From the NCBI GenBank assembly GCA_003251635.1, contig QKEW01000017.1, positions 1 to 59,582 of the forward strand: 59,582 nt of DNA, written 5' to 3'. Source of the stretch: a bacterium (GTDB lineage: Bacteria > Patescibacteriota > Minisyncoccia > Moranbacterales > GWC2-37-73). Position 1 is the first letter of the stretch, and each line of letters starts with the position of its first letter. The notes beneath the pieces are model-generated. The model saw only the letters and a list, made by a program, of their open reading frames with translations. It had not been told where the DNA came from and ran no database searches. Made by a program: the position numbers and the translations under genes. Shown here in pieces: positions 46,168 to 56,769 of this stretch.

Positions 46168-46334
46168 CTTCTGACCGATTGTATTCGGCGATATTCGATT
46201 GTGCCTTAATTATACTCTTCATAGTCTATATGTCAATACTTTATGGCTCAAATAAAGCATTTTACTTTATTGTCAAGTTATTGTTCAACTGACTCGTGAT
46301 TGGGAAGCAATAATATTGCCACCCAACCCACCAA

Positions 46335-46844
46335 TCAATTGGGGCATACGCATTCAAAAAATCCTTCGGGATAAAACAATTCTTCTTCGTCCACTTCTAT
46401 CCTATTGTTTTGAATCAACCACATAAGTGCCATATAAAGATTATGTTCATCAAGTTCAGCAAGAACAAGTAGTTCATCAAAGGAACTGGCAGGAAAAAGT
46501 CCTATAGTGGCACAAAGATATTCGGCATCATTATCAAATTTTTCCTTGGACATTCCCCAATTCCTAAGATGTACTTCATAATTATCGAGGGTTATTCTAT
46601 TTTTGAAATATGCTTTCCCATTGGTTACGCCCGCTAACTTTACCGCTTCAGTCATAGTAAGTAGCGACATCGCCTGAATCACCTCGATTTCCGACAACCT
46701 TGTAGCTTTCTTCAAATCAGGTATGGACATTAAATTTGGTGATTTCTCCATTACTTCAATAACTTTCTTAAGTGATTTTCCCCTCTTTTGAATCATTTTA
46801 GCTTTTTTTTCAAGAGCGTTTGCTTTTTTAATTTCTTTTTTCAT
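46335..46844 (-). CDS. hypothetical protein
   Basis: 169-aa ORF. No motif recognised. Confidence 0.45.
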   Translation of the reverse strand: MKKEIKKANALEKKAKMIQKRGKSLKKVIEVMEKSPNLMSIPDLKKATRLSEIEVIQAMSLLTMTEAVKLAGVTNGKAYFKNRITLDNYEVHLRNWGMSKEKFDNDAEYLCATIGLFPASSFDELLVLAELDEHNLYMALMWLIQNNRIEVDEEELFYPEGFFECVCPN

Positions 46845-46935
46845 TTTTTTATTGTTACTTTGTTTATTACTCCTTTTATAGTTGATTGCCGATTATGGGC
46901 ATTTGCGAAGTGTTTCAACTTTTCAAACATTCACG

Positions 46936-47898
46936 TCATTTTTGCGCCACCTCCTTTCCAGGTTCATTTTCTATATTGAAACCGCCCATTATTTCCTTAT
47001 GCACTCTTTCTACCTCAGAAAAACTGGTGTTGCCCAGATAATATCTTTCAGTCACAGATGGAGTTGCGTGTCCTAAAAATCTCTGTACGACTGATAAACT
47101 GGCTTTTTGATGGAAAAGCAAACTCGCACTGGACCTACGTAGCAAATGAGGGTGTATACTTATCTGAAATCCAGCACGCTTTCCCTGATTTCTAAGAGCA
47201 CGCTCCAAATCATTTATTTGCCATCTCTTGGGAGAATCTGTATTTGCAGTAACAAACAAAGCTGGATTGTTATCGATTCTCATCGCCAAGTATTTTTCTA
47301 TATAACCGATAGCCAATTCGTTAAAAATCAATGTATGCATTTTCCCTCCCTTTGCTAGAACCTGAGCTTTTCCATTTTTAAAATCAATATCCGAGATATC
47401 GAGCCTTATCAATTCACTCACCCTACAAGCACTGGAAATTAGACAGATAACAGCTGTTTTCAATCTCAATCTCGATATATTTTCTTCGGATATGGAATCT
47501 ATCAGTTCTTGCAACTGCTTTTTGTTTAAATGAATAATCTGCTTGGCTGGAATTTTGAATTTTTTAATAAGATTAGGATTGTATATTTTTATGCCATCAT
47601 CTCTTAAGCACTGAAGTATATTCTTAAGAACAACGAGATAATGATTTTTTCTGGAAGCACTTAGGGGGCAGCCAGTTTTCTCGGATTTCATCAGATTTAA
47701 TTTTTGCTTTAGATTCATAACGGTATCCCCATCAAACTTTTTAATTTTCACATCGCCCAATAAACTCAATAAGCCATTTGATATTTCCCTATACTTCTCA
47801 ATCGATTTTTTAGACAGCAAAGCATTCGCCTCCAATTTGGCGAAGTAACGTTCAGATGCTTCTGAAAATGTTAAGTTGTTGAAAAACGGGAAATTCAT
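46936..47898 (-). CDS. tyrosine recombinase/integrase
   Basis: 320 aa with SACRVSEL, AKGGKMH, HPHLLRRSSAS and FLGHATPSVTERYY. Confidence 0.9.
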   Translation of the reverse strand: MNFPFFNNLTFSEASERYFAKLEANALLSKKSIEKYREISNGLLSLLGDVKIKKFDGDTVMNLKQKLNLMKSEKTGCPLSASRKNHYLVVLKNILQCLRDDGIKIYNPNLIKKFKIPAKQIIHLNKKQLQELIDSISEENISRLRLKTAVICLISSACRVSELIRLDISDIDFKNGKAQVLAKGGKMHTLIFNELAIGYIEKYLAMRIDNNPALFVTANTDSPKRWQINDLERALRNQGKRAGFQISIHPHLLRRSSASLLFHQKASLSVVQRFLGHATPSVTERYYLGNTSFSEVERVHKEIMGGFNIENEPGKEVAQK

Positions 47899-47995
47899 TT
47901 CAAAACAAAAAACTGATTACTTATGTAACCAGTCTAGTATTTTCTCAAATTGCAAAATAGAAAATTAAATGAATCTAGAAATTATGTGTACTCAC

Positions 47996-48790
47996 TTATT
48001 TTCTCTGCCTATCTCTTTCATCTTTTATAATTTTATTGATATAGGTTTCGTCCATAACTTCACCAAATTTTTCACGCACAAGGCTTATTAGTTCTTTCTT
48101 GCTTCTTCCGAATCTATTTTTATAAATGAATTTATTTCTTTCTTCAACTCTTTTTGATTTTCTTCTTACTATTCCTAACTTTATCTTTTCATTGCGATAT
48201 TTTTTCTGAAGTGGCTCTATTTGCAATTTGTAAAGTTTTTTGACAGCATCAATAACATCTCTTTGCGACATATATGGGTGAATCATTATTCCTACTGGAT
48301 TTATCTTTGAAACTGTCTTTAGATGATAAGTTTCAAAACTCACATCGGATTCAAATCCAGCTTCAACATTAGAAAGTGCCAATTTTACATCTATAATTTC
48401 AATTACATCAAATTGGGTATCCATATAATCTGAAACTGCATCTGTATTTCCAAACAACAGATAACTCTCAAGAAAATCATAATAAGCAGGAGATGCATAA
48501 TTTTTAGCTAATTTGAAGATTTTGTTTGTATATTTTTCATCCCTTATATAGACCATTTCTTCAAACTGAGAACTACTCTTTGGATACTTAAATCCATTTA
48601 TTGGAATTCCGAACTCTTTTCTGAAGCTATTAACGCTTTTAATGAATTCTGGTTTTCTAGCCAAATCCATTATGAAAGAATCCACTTTCTTAAAAGCGGC
48701 TGTTTCCTTTAACGCTTGCCACAACCTTTCATCTTGTTCAATTTTATCCTCAGCTTCAAATATTTTTTTCGAATCTTTTGTTTTTTTCAT
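47996..48790 (-). CDS. hypothetical protein between two recombinase genes
   Basis: 264-aa ORF with a basic C-terminus. No motif recognised. Confidence 0.45.
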   Translation of the reverse strand: MKKTKDSKKIFEAEDKIEQDERLWQALKETAAFKKVDSFIMDLARKPEFIKSVNSFRKEFGIPINGFKYPKSSSQFEEMVYIRDEKYTNKIFKLAKNYASPAYYDFLESYLLFGNTDAVSDYMDTQFDVIEIIDVKLALSNVEAGFESDVSFETYHLKTVSKINPVGIMIHPYMSQRDVIDAVKKLYKLQIEPLQKKYRNEKIKLGIVRRKSKRVEERNKFIYKNRFGRSKKELISLVREKFGEVMDETYINKIIKDERDRQRK

Positions 48791-48843
48791 CTATATAAAA
48801 TCTATATTTACTATAATTTTACCACAAATTTTTCTATCCGAAA

Positions 48844-49743
48844 TCAATATCTTAAATACTTCTCATATGCCTGTTTTGCCTTTTCCTTGTCTGTTAGCCC
48901 TACATAGTAGCGAATTGTTGTGTCCAATCGTTCGTGTCCCATCAAGGTTTTGATTTCTGAAAAAGGGCAGGCGTTGAATACAAGGTGTGAGGCGAAGCAG
49001 TGACGGAGAAGATGCGGTGTCACTTTCTTGTTTATTCCAGCTATAAGCCTCTGTCTCTTAAAATATCTAGTCAAATCCTGATTTCTGAGTCTGCGAGGGT
49101 CTTCTCCCGTGGTTATAAACAAAGCTTCGTGTTTATCTGTCCTCCTATCCAAATATTGCCTAATCCAGCTAATGGCTTCTTCATTAAAAAATACTACCCT
49201 TTCCTTATTCCCTTTTCCAATTACCCTCGCTTCTCTTCTGGTAAAGTCTATCGAATTGCGGTTTAAACTCAAAGCTTCAGATATACGCATTCCTGAAGCA
49301 AGCAGGACTTCGACCAGTGTGCGGAACCGCAGACCATATATGGGTTTGATATCAATTGAATCCCTGAATCTCTGTATTTCTTCAGAGGTCAAAAAAACAA
49401 CCTCTCTTCTGGGTCGCTTGGGAATCGTGATATCGCTTGGATTTATACGAAGTGGGATTGAAAGCTGGGTTTTGCAGTAATTGAGCAATCCTTTTATGCA
49501 GGCTAGTGCCACGCCTATGAATACTTCGGAATTATCCCTCTGGTGCAAAATCTGCTTGAGTCTAAATATATGCTCCATCGTGAGTTCCTCTATGACAATA
49601 TCCCCTACATCCCTCACGAAGCACTTGAGTCGCGACCTGTAGCTCACAATCGAGCTCTGGGCGAAGCGTTTTTCAACCTGAAGCCACATCAAGTATTCTT
49701 CGCTCATATTCTGGATGGTTCGCATTTGAGTTTGTGTTTCCAT
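48844..49743 (-). CDS. tyrosine recombinase/integrase (paralog of 27872-28795)
   Basis: Motifs are SGMRISEAL, GKGNKER, HLLRHCFAS and LMGHERLDTTIRYY. The listed ORF starts at a GTG (49752); the first ATG is at 49743, 9 nt downstream of a TAATGT -10-like box. Confidence 0.9.
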   Translation of the reverse strand: METQTQMRTIQNMSEEYLMWLQVEKRFAQSSIVSYRSRLKCFVRDVGDIVIEELTMEHIFRLKQILHQRDNSEVFIGVALACIKGLLNYCKTQLSIPLRINPSDITIPKRPRREVVFLTSEEIQRFRDSIDIKPIYGLRFRTLVEVLLASGMRISEALSLNRNSIDFTRREARVIGKGNKERVVFFNEEAISWIRQYLDRRTDKHEALFITTGEDPRRLRNQDLTRYFKRQRLIAGINKKVTPHLLRHCFASHLVFNACPFSEIKTLMGHERLDTTIRYYVGLTDKEKAKQAYEKYLRY

Positions 49744-49802
49744 AGCACTCACACATTAGCTTCGTGGCACACAAAAGCAAGTCTAGTTATCCACTCCTGA
49801 AA

Positions 49803-49833
49803 CAAAAAAAAAGGAGTGACCAAGAATCACTCC
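49803..49833 (-). terminator. rho-independent terminator GGAGTGA-N7-TCACTCC + T9
   Basis: Perfect 7-bp stem followed by a long T-run on the minus strand, downstream of the acidic-repeat gene. Confidence 0.7.
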
Positions 49834-49864
49834 CCATTTCACTTACGGCTTTTTTATCTATCTC

Positions 49865-50482
49865 CTAAAAACTAAAAACTGAGAGAAGCCAATTCAGAAA
49901 ACTCTTCTGTGAATCCGTTACTGTCCCCTGTTCATCCAAGGTGACTTTTGATTCTACTTCCACGGGAATAAGAAAGAATAATTTTTCGTCCTTCTTAACT
50001 AAAGCCACATTTCCTTCTTTAGAAATCACTTCCCCATAACCCTCCACGTATTTTATGGATTCTTCAGAAATTTCCTGGGAAACTTCTGATGGTTCAGAGG
50101 CCTCAGAAACCTCCTCTGCCTCAACTGATTGCTCTGAAACTTCATCCGAAGATTTTTCAGAAAGCTCAGATGCATTCAACCCAGTTGTTGTTCTGGTAGT
50201 TTTTATCGACGGAGCAGAAGAAACGCTAGGTTCAGATTTTTCATCATCTTGAGATTCTTCATCATCCTGAGACCCTTCGTCATCTTGAGATTCTTCATCA
50301 TCCTGAGAGTCTTCATTATCCTGAGAACCCTCATTGGAACCTGAAGCACCACTGCCTTCTTCAGCTGAAGTGACATTTGTCCCAACAATTTCTTTTGTAA
50401 AAGCGCTGGCAAACAAAAACAGGAACAATACCGCAATGGAAGCTAGCAGCATTCTTTCTGTTTTGAACTTCTTAAAAGCCAT
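49865..50482 (-). CDS. secreted acidic repeat protein
   Basis: 205 aa with an N-terminal signal/TM helix, then (E/G)SQDD(E) hexapeptide repeats and Ser/Glu-rich sequence. Confidence 0.6.
   Translation of the reverse strand: MAFKKFKTERMLLASIAVLFLFLFASAFTKEIVGTNVTSAEEGSGASGSNEGSQDNEDSQDDEESQDDEGSQDDEESQDDEKSEPSVSSAPSIKTTRTTTGLNASELSEKSSDEVSEQSVEAEEVSEASEPSEVSQEISEESIKYVEGYGEVISKEGNVALVKKDEKLFFLIPVEVESKVTLDEQGTVTDSQKSFLNWLLSVFSF
50239..50328. repeat. 5 x 18-bp tandem repeat (coding, hexapeptide SQDDE-type)
   Basis: The units are TTCATCATCTTGAGATTC, TTCATCATCCTGAGACCC, TTCGTCATCTTGAGATTC, TTCATCATCCTGAGAGTC and TTCATTATCCTGAGAACC. Confidence 0.85.
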
Positions 50483-50535
50483 ATGTTTTATTTTTATTAA
50501 TTTATTAACTTGTTTTTATTTTAACACAAAAAACG

Positions 50536-51210
50536 CTATTTTGCATCTTTCTCACTAATTACGCAATGCTCTTTTATGTTAACATATCCCAAAATTCCAA
50601 GGGCTATTACCTCGGAAACTTCTTCGGTCAGCCTCATCAAATGCAAAACTACCTTGTTGCAATATTGTTCATAGCAAAAAGTTATTCCTGAATTTTTCCC
50701 CACAAACCCATCCAAAAAATCCAAGAAAATCGCAAACCCCAAAACCAATAGGGCTATGATTATGGTTTTTTTGTTTTTTTTAAGAGCGTCTTTCCAAATA
50801 AGCCATAAAAAAGCAGCCAAAGAAAACATAAGCAACGGGAAGTATATGATTGTCCAGACATAAGAAGGAAAAAATCCCAAAGCAGAAGTATTATCAACAA
50901 AAAAACCACTCACTCTTTCGTGAAAATACGTAGCATCATCCATACTAAAAAAGAAAAAGATAATCGCCAAAAAATACCAAATCTTTTGTTTTTTATGAAG
51001 ATAAACACTGAATGCAGAAAGTGCAATGAAAAGCAGAGCCAGGGAGCTTATCCAGGTCAAAGGAGTCTGCTCTCTAGTTGCCAAAAAAATATCGCCAAAA
51101 ACAGTTTTGGGGTAATAAAAATATGCCAACAAATCAAGTAGCAATAAAATAACCACAAGTAAAAACCCTATGCTATAAATTCTTTTTATGAAAGTTTCTG
51201 AAAAATACAT
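50536..51210 (-). CDS. polytopic membrane protein, unknown family
   Basis: 224 aa with about 6 hydrophobic helices. Confidence 0.55.
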   Translation of the reverse strand: MYFSETFIKRIYSIGFLLVVILLLLDLLAYFYYPKTVFGDIFLATREQTPLTWISSLALLFIALSAFSVYLHKKQKIWYFLAIIFFFFSMDDATYFHERVSGFFVDNTSALGFFPSYVWTIIYFPLLMFSLAAFLWLIWKDALKKNKKTIIIALLVLGFAIFLDFLDGFVGKNSGITFCYEQYCNKVVLHLMRLTEEVSEVIALGILGYVNIKEHCVISEKDAK

Positions 51211-51327
51211 ATATTTTATTTTTATCCCTATATAAAAAGTATATCACAAAAATGAACAGCCAGCACAAAAATGCATATAAACCCTGCCAAGAAATGAAAC
51301 GTTTCCAGGGAGTGGAGGAACGTAACG

Positions 51328-51350
51328 CAAAAAACACCCTTTTGGGGTGC
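51328..51350 (-). terminator. rho-independent terminator CACCC-CAAAA-GGGTG + T6 after the 16S trailer
   Basis: Hairpin plus T-run on the minus strand, about 190 nt downstream of the 16S 3' end. Confidence 0.6.
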
Positions 51351-51525
51351 CTTTAACGCTACAAGCAAAGCGAAAAGATTCGCAAGCTATTGTGGTTAGT
51401 CCTAAGCCCGCCTAAATGCTTTCGCATTCAGTACGGGTAAATGTTTATTCTGAGCCAAGTGTCATTAACCGAAGTTAATGAACGACCTTATAGGTTTGAG
51501 AAACTGATACTGAGTATCAACTCTG

Positions 51526-51542
51526 TCACCGTAACTCCCTAG

Positions 51543-51556
<14 letters not shown>
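51526..51556. repeat. 16S 3' end/trailer junction (island boundary repeat, right)
   Basis: TCACCGTAACTCCCTAGAAAGGAGGTGATCC. It contains the anti-SD end of the 16S and matches 27757-27787 at 29 of 31 positions. Confidence 0.8.
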
Positions 51557-53072
<1,516 letters not shown>

Positions 53073-53530
53073 AAAAATAGTTTTAGCAAAAAGAAAACTT
53101 TTTACTAAACTGGGTTATCTTTTTACCGAAGATAATAACGTTTCGCTTTTATCATCGAAAAAACGAAAAAAACGATAAGCTCAGAAAAACACCAGTTATA
53201 TAATAACTGAAGACCAGTCGCCCGAAGGCAACTAGTCAAGGACTAACCGCAATAAATTGCGATTTTATCCATCGCATAATTTTTATTATGCTGTTCTGTT
53301 TTCAAGTTTCTTATTTTCAGTCCCCTAATCTTTACGATTTGGGAGATAAAAAATACATCTTGTTGCATATTTCAATACACTCCAAGATGTATCTTCTAAA
53401 TATCCAATCTAAATTAAGCTTGTGTCTTTTTGATTTTCCTAAAAACTTATCCGCTTTTTTCCAGCGCTTTTACAGTTTATATTATCCTTAAAAACCTGTC
53501 AAGAGCTTGCCGAAAAATCCGCCTTCAAAA

Positions 53531-55381
53531 TCATTTATCCTCAGAAAAATACCAATCATAAATCTCTTTGGTGGCTGGAACTGCACTGGCATGATCTTCC
53601 GAACTGCCTTCAATCAAAACAATCATAGCTATCTGAGGATCATCATAGGGCGCAAAAGAAACAAACCAAGCATGGGTCTTGTCTTCACTGCCGAACTGAG
53701 CCGTTCCGGTTTTTCCAGCTACTGCTACCGGCAAAGTTTTCAATTGTTGAGCAGTGCCAGCTTCCACTGTTTTGCGCATTCCTTCACGCACCACCTGTAA
53801 AATATCCGAAGAAACTTCAACTTTTCGAATGACTTCCGGCTTTATATCTTCAATTTCATCCTGAGCAGAATTTCGAATTTGAGAAACCAGATGGGGACGA
53901 TACAATGTTCCACCGTTGGCAATAGTAGCCACACTGCTCACAATTTGCAAGGGCGTGGCTGAAACATATCCTTGTCCAATCGAAGCATGATAACTATTGC
54001 CAATATACCACCGCTCGCCCAAAACATCCAATTTCCATTGTTCATCCGGAATGAAGCCATCCGCCTCTCCTTGGATATCAATACCCAAAGTTTGACCATA
54101 GCCAAACATGTTATAATATTTTTTCATTCGACTCATACCTAAACCTTCAATGTTTCCATAACCGCCACCAACTGTATAAAAAAATATGTCATTACTTTCA
54201 GCAATGGCTGTACGGACATCACTGGGACCATGTACTTTCCAGTCCCCAAAAGAAAAATTCCCGATTCGCAAAACTCCACCCAATCCACTAACGATAGTTT
54301 GGGGCGTGATCACGTTTTCCGCCAAAGCTGCCGCCGCCAGAACCGGTTTAACTGTTGAACCAGGCGCATATTCACCGCTAATCGCCCGATTAAAAAGAGG
54401 TTTGTCTGGATTGTTTATCAAATCCAAATATTGATCTTGGGAAATTTTGCGCGCAAACAAATTATTGTCAAAACTTGGAAGAGTCACCAAAGCCAGGACC
54501 TCTCCGGTTTGTGGATCCAAAGCAATAGCGGCAGCTGTTTTCACTTCAGACTTTTCAATGTTAGCCAAAAGCGAATCATAAATTTTTTTCTCCAGGGCGG
54601 CATCAATGCTCAAAATCAAATCATTGCCAGCCACTGGATTTATCAAGCCGACTTCCCTTTTGATATTTCCGCGCGAATCAACTTCCACTTGCAAAGATCC
54701 GTGTTGACCGCGCAAATATTTTTCATAAGATTTTTCAATTCCCTGTTTTCCAATATAATCAGTCAACAAATAATCCGGATTTTCTTCCAATTCCTCTTTT
54801 TCAATCTTGCCTTCATAACCTAGAATGTGAGAAAAAATCAAACTATCGACATATTGGCGCACTGCAGTCTTTTCAATTTTAATTCCAGGAAAATCTTGGG
54901 CATTTTCCAAAAAGAGCAGCATCTGTTCCTGAGAAATATCCTCGGCAATCAAAATTGGCGACAAAGGCGTTTCCTCGGCCAAGGTTAATTTGGCTAGGAT
55001 TTCTCCTTGATTTATTTTGAGCAATTCAGAGAGTCGATCAATCATTTCATTCAAATTATCTTTAGGAATATCAGCCCAAACCGCAATCACATCCACACTG
55101 GGAATGTTGTTTACCAATAAACTGCCACTTCGATCAAAAATTCGACCACGGGCTGATTGAATTGTGATTGAACGAATACTATTAGCCTTGGAAACCTGTT
55201 GGTAATAACCGCCTTTGATTATAGTCAGATAAACTAAGCGTCCCGCTAAAAGCAACATAAAGAAAACCAAAATCCACCAAAAAAAATTGAACCATTTTTT
55301 CCCTAATGATTTTTCCAAATGAACAGCCTCTTGAGCACTGGTCGTCAAAACATAATCTTCAATTTCTAAACCCTTTTTCAT
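53531..55381 (-). CDS. mrdA: penicillin-binding protein 2 (elongasome transpeptidase)
   Basis: 616 aa with an N-terminal TM helix. Transpeptidase motifs are STVKP, a SxN-type region and KTGTA. It is adjacent to mreBCD. Confidence 0.9.
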   Translation of the reverse strand: MKKGLEIEDYVLTTSAQEAVHLEKSLGKKWFNFFWWILVFFMLLLAGRLVYLTIIKGGYYQQVSKANSIRSITIQSARGRIFDRSGSLLVNNIPSVDVIAVWADIPKDNLNEMIDRLSELLKINQGEILAKLTLAEETPLSPILIAEDISQEQMLLFLENAQDFPGIKIEKTAVRQYVDSLIFSHILGYEGKIEKEELEENPDYLLTDYIGKQGIEKSYEKYLRGQHGSLQVEVDSRGNIKREVGLINPVAGNDLILSIDAALEKKIYDSLLANIEKSEVKTAAAIALDPQTGEVLALVTLPSFDNNLFARKISQDQYLDLINNPDKPLFNRAISGEYAPGSTVKPVLAAAALAENVITPQTIVSGLGGVLRIGNFSFGDWKVHGPSDVRTAIAESNDIFFYTVGGGYGNIEGLGMSRMKKYYNMFGYGQTLGIDIQGEADGFIPDEQWKLDVLGERWYIGNSYHASIGQGYVSATPLQIVSSVATIANGGTLYRPHLVSQIRNSAQDEIEDIKPEVIRKVEVSSDILQVVREGMRKTVEAGTAQQLKTLPVAVAGKTGTAQFGSEDKTHAWFVSFAPYDDPQIAMIVLIEGSSEDHASAVPATKEIYDWYFSEDK

Positions 55382-55389
55382 AGAAAATT

Positions 55390-55929
55390 TTATTTAACCG
55401 GACCAACCCCTAGGTATTTCCTAAGTCTACGCAAAAGCCACAGCCATCCAAAAAAAACTAAAAAATTAAAAACTAAAGCGCAAAAAATTCCCGAAGTCCA
55501 GGGGAAAAAATTTGAAAAGTTTTTGTCCGACCAAGTAAAACCGAATTGCCACCAAAACATCAAAATTCTTTCACCCAACGTTGACATAATGACAAAAAAA
55601 ACAACCCAAAGCAACCCGGATCCGCGAATCTCCATGGCAAATCTCTTGGAAAAAAAACTAACTCCGTAGGAGGCCAGAGTAAAAATGATCACCGATTGTC
55701 CCAAGAATGAAAAAGAAGCTAAATCAAAAAAAACACCGGCCAAAATGGTCCAACCCAAAAAAGGCTCGAATCCATCCATCAAAGTGCCCACTACCACCAA
55801 CATCAAAACCAAATTTCCACACCATTGATTGGGGAAAATCAAAGAAAAAAAATTGCTTTGCAAAATTACTGCCAATAAAACTACTAAAAAATAAACAATG
55901 AATCTTCTCATGTCAGTTGGTTTTTTCAC
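55390..55929 (-). CDS. mreD: rod shape-determining protein MreD
   Basis: 179 aa, polytopic. Its position directly after mreC and its size are typical of MreD. Confidence 0.75.
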   Translation of the reverse strand: MKKPTDMRRFIVYFLVVLLAVILQSNFFSLIFPNQWCGNLVLMLVVVGTLMDGFEPFLGWTILAGVFFDLASFSFLGQSVIIFTLASYGVSFFSKRFAMEIRGSGLLWVVFFVIMSTLGERILMFWWQFGFTWSDKNFSNFFPWTSGIFCALVFNFLVFFGWLWLLRRLRKYLGVGPVK

Positions 55930-56728
55930 TTTTTACCACAAAGACTGCTTCAATTTTGGAAATATCAATCGGCGATGACACAACGGCCTGCTGAAACAAA
56001 TGATCACTGGAAGAACGTACTTGCTGGACTGTGCCAACCAAAAGCCCACGAGGAATTTTTCCACTGATTCCAGCTGTCACAATTTCATCGCCCACCACAA
56101 CCGAATCAGTTTGCAAAATCGAATCAGCTATTATGCCCAATCCATATTCACCCTTGATTACGCCTTTTGCTCCTGATTGAGAAACAATGATACTGATGGT
56201 ATTTTGCGGATTGGACAATAAAATTATTCTGGATCTGCCTGCAAAAACCTCTTGAATCTTACCGATCAAAATACCTTTGGAAACGACGACTGCCATACCT
56301 TCCTCAATTCCCGCCTCACTGCCTTTATCAATCTCCAACCAATTACCCAGACCCTGTGAGTCCCGAGCAATCACAAAAGCACCCTCCAAATCAAATTTTT
56401 CACGAGGAACTAAATTTAATTGTTGACGCAAAAAATCATTTTCCTGCTGAACATCCCGCAGACGCGCATTCTCAGCTTGAAGCTGCTGATTTTCCGATAT
56501 AAGCTCCTTGTTTTCATTTTTTAAGTCACCAATGGAAACTGCGAAATTCTTAGCACCAGAAATTTGAAGAGCTAAACCACTTGAAATTTTAACCAAAGGA
56601 TAAGTTGCTCTGCTCCACAGAGACCTGATTGGGCTGAAAAAATTACCCGGATTTAAAAAAACAATCAAACCAAAAATTGCTATTACCAACAAAGCTTTTA
56701 ACAATTTTCGAGAAAAGATTTTTTTCAC
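55913..56728 (-). CDS. mreC: rod shape-determining protein MreC
   Basis: 271 aa with an N-terminal TM helix, a coiled coil (ENQQLQAENARLRDVQQENDFLRQQL) and beta-rich domains (VVS.GILIGKI, GDEIVT.G..G.PRGLLVG). Confidence 0.88.
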   Translation of the reverse strand: MKKIFSRKLLKALLVIAIFGLIVFLNPGNFFSPIRSLWSRATYPLVKISSGLALQISGAKNFAVSIGDLKNENKELISENQQLQAENARLRDVQQENDFLRQQLNLVPREKFDLEGAFVIARDSQGLGNWLEIDKGSEAGIEEGMAVVVSKGILIGKIQEVFAGRSRIILLSNPQNTISIIVSQSGAKGVIKGEYGLGIIADSILQTDSVVVGDEIVTAGISGKIPRGLLVGTVQQVRSSSDHLFQQAVVSSPIDISKIEAVFVVKSEKTN

Positions 56729-56769
56729 GTCTTTTTCCTTAAAGAAATTGAAAGATCAATCAGTCAATT

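Noticed and set aside
50239-50328. A tandem 18-bp repeat considered as a possible CRISPR or minisatellite.
   Set aside because: There are no spacers. The units are contiguous, in frame and encode a hexapeptide repeat within a CDS. I saw no CRISPR array anywhere in the window.
53192-53208. The palindrome CAGTTATATAATAACTG in the 16S leader considered as the rRNA promoter -10.
   Set aside because: It lies downstream of the leader segment (53238-53253) that must be transcribed to pair with the trailer, so the main promoter must be further upstream. A TTGACA at 53497-53502 is a weak candidate, but its -10 spacing is ambiguous.
53288-53800. ORFs 53288-53491(+) and 53507-53800(+).
   Set aside because: The first lies in the 16S leader region with no SD and an odd composition. 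The second is antisense to the 3' end of the PBP2 gene.
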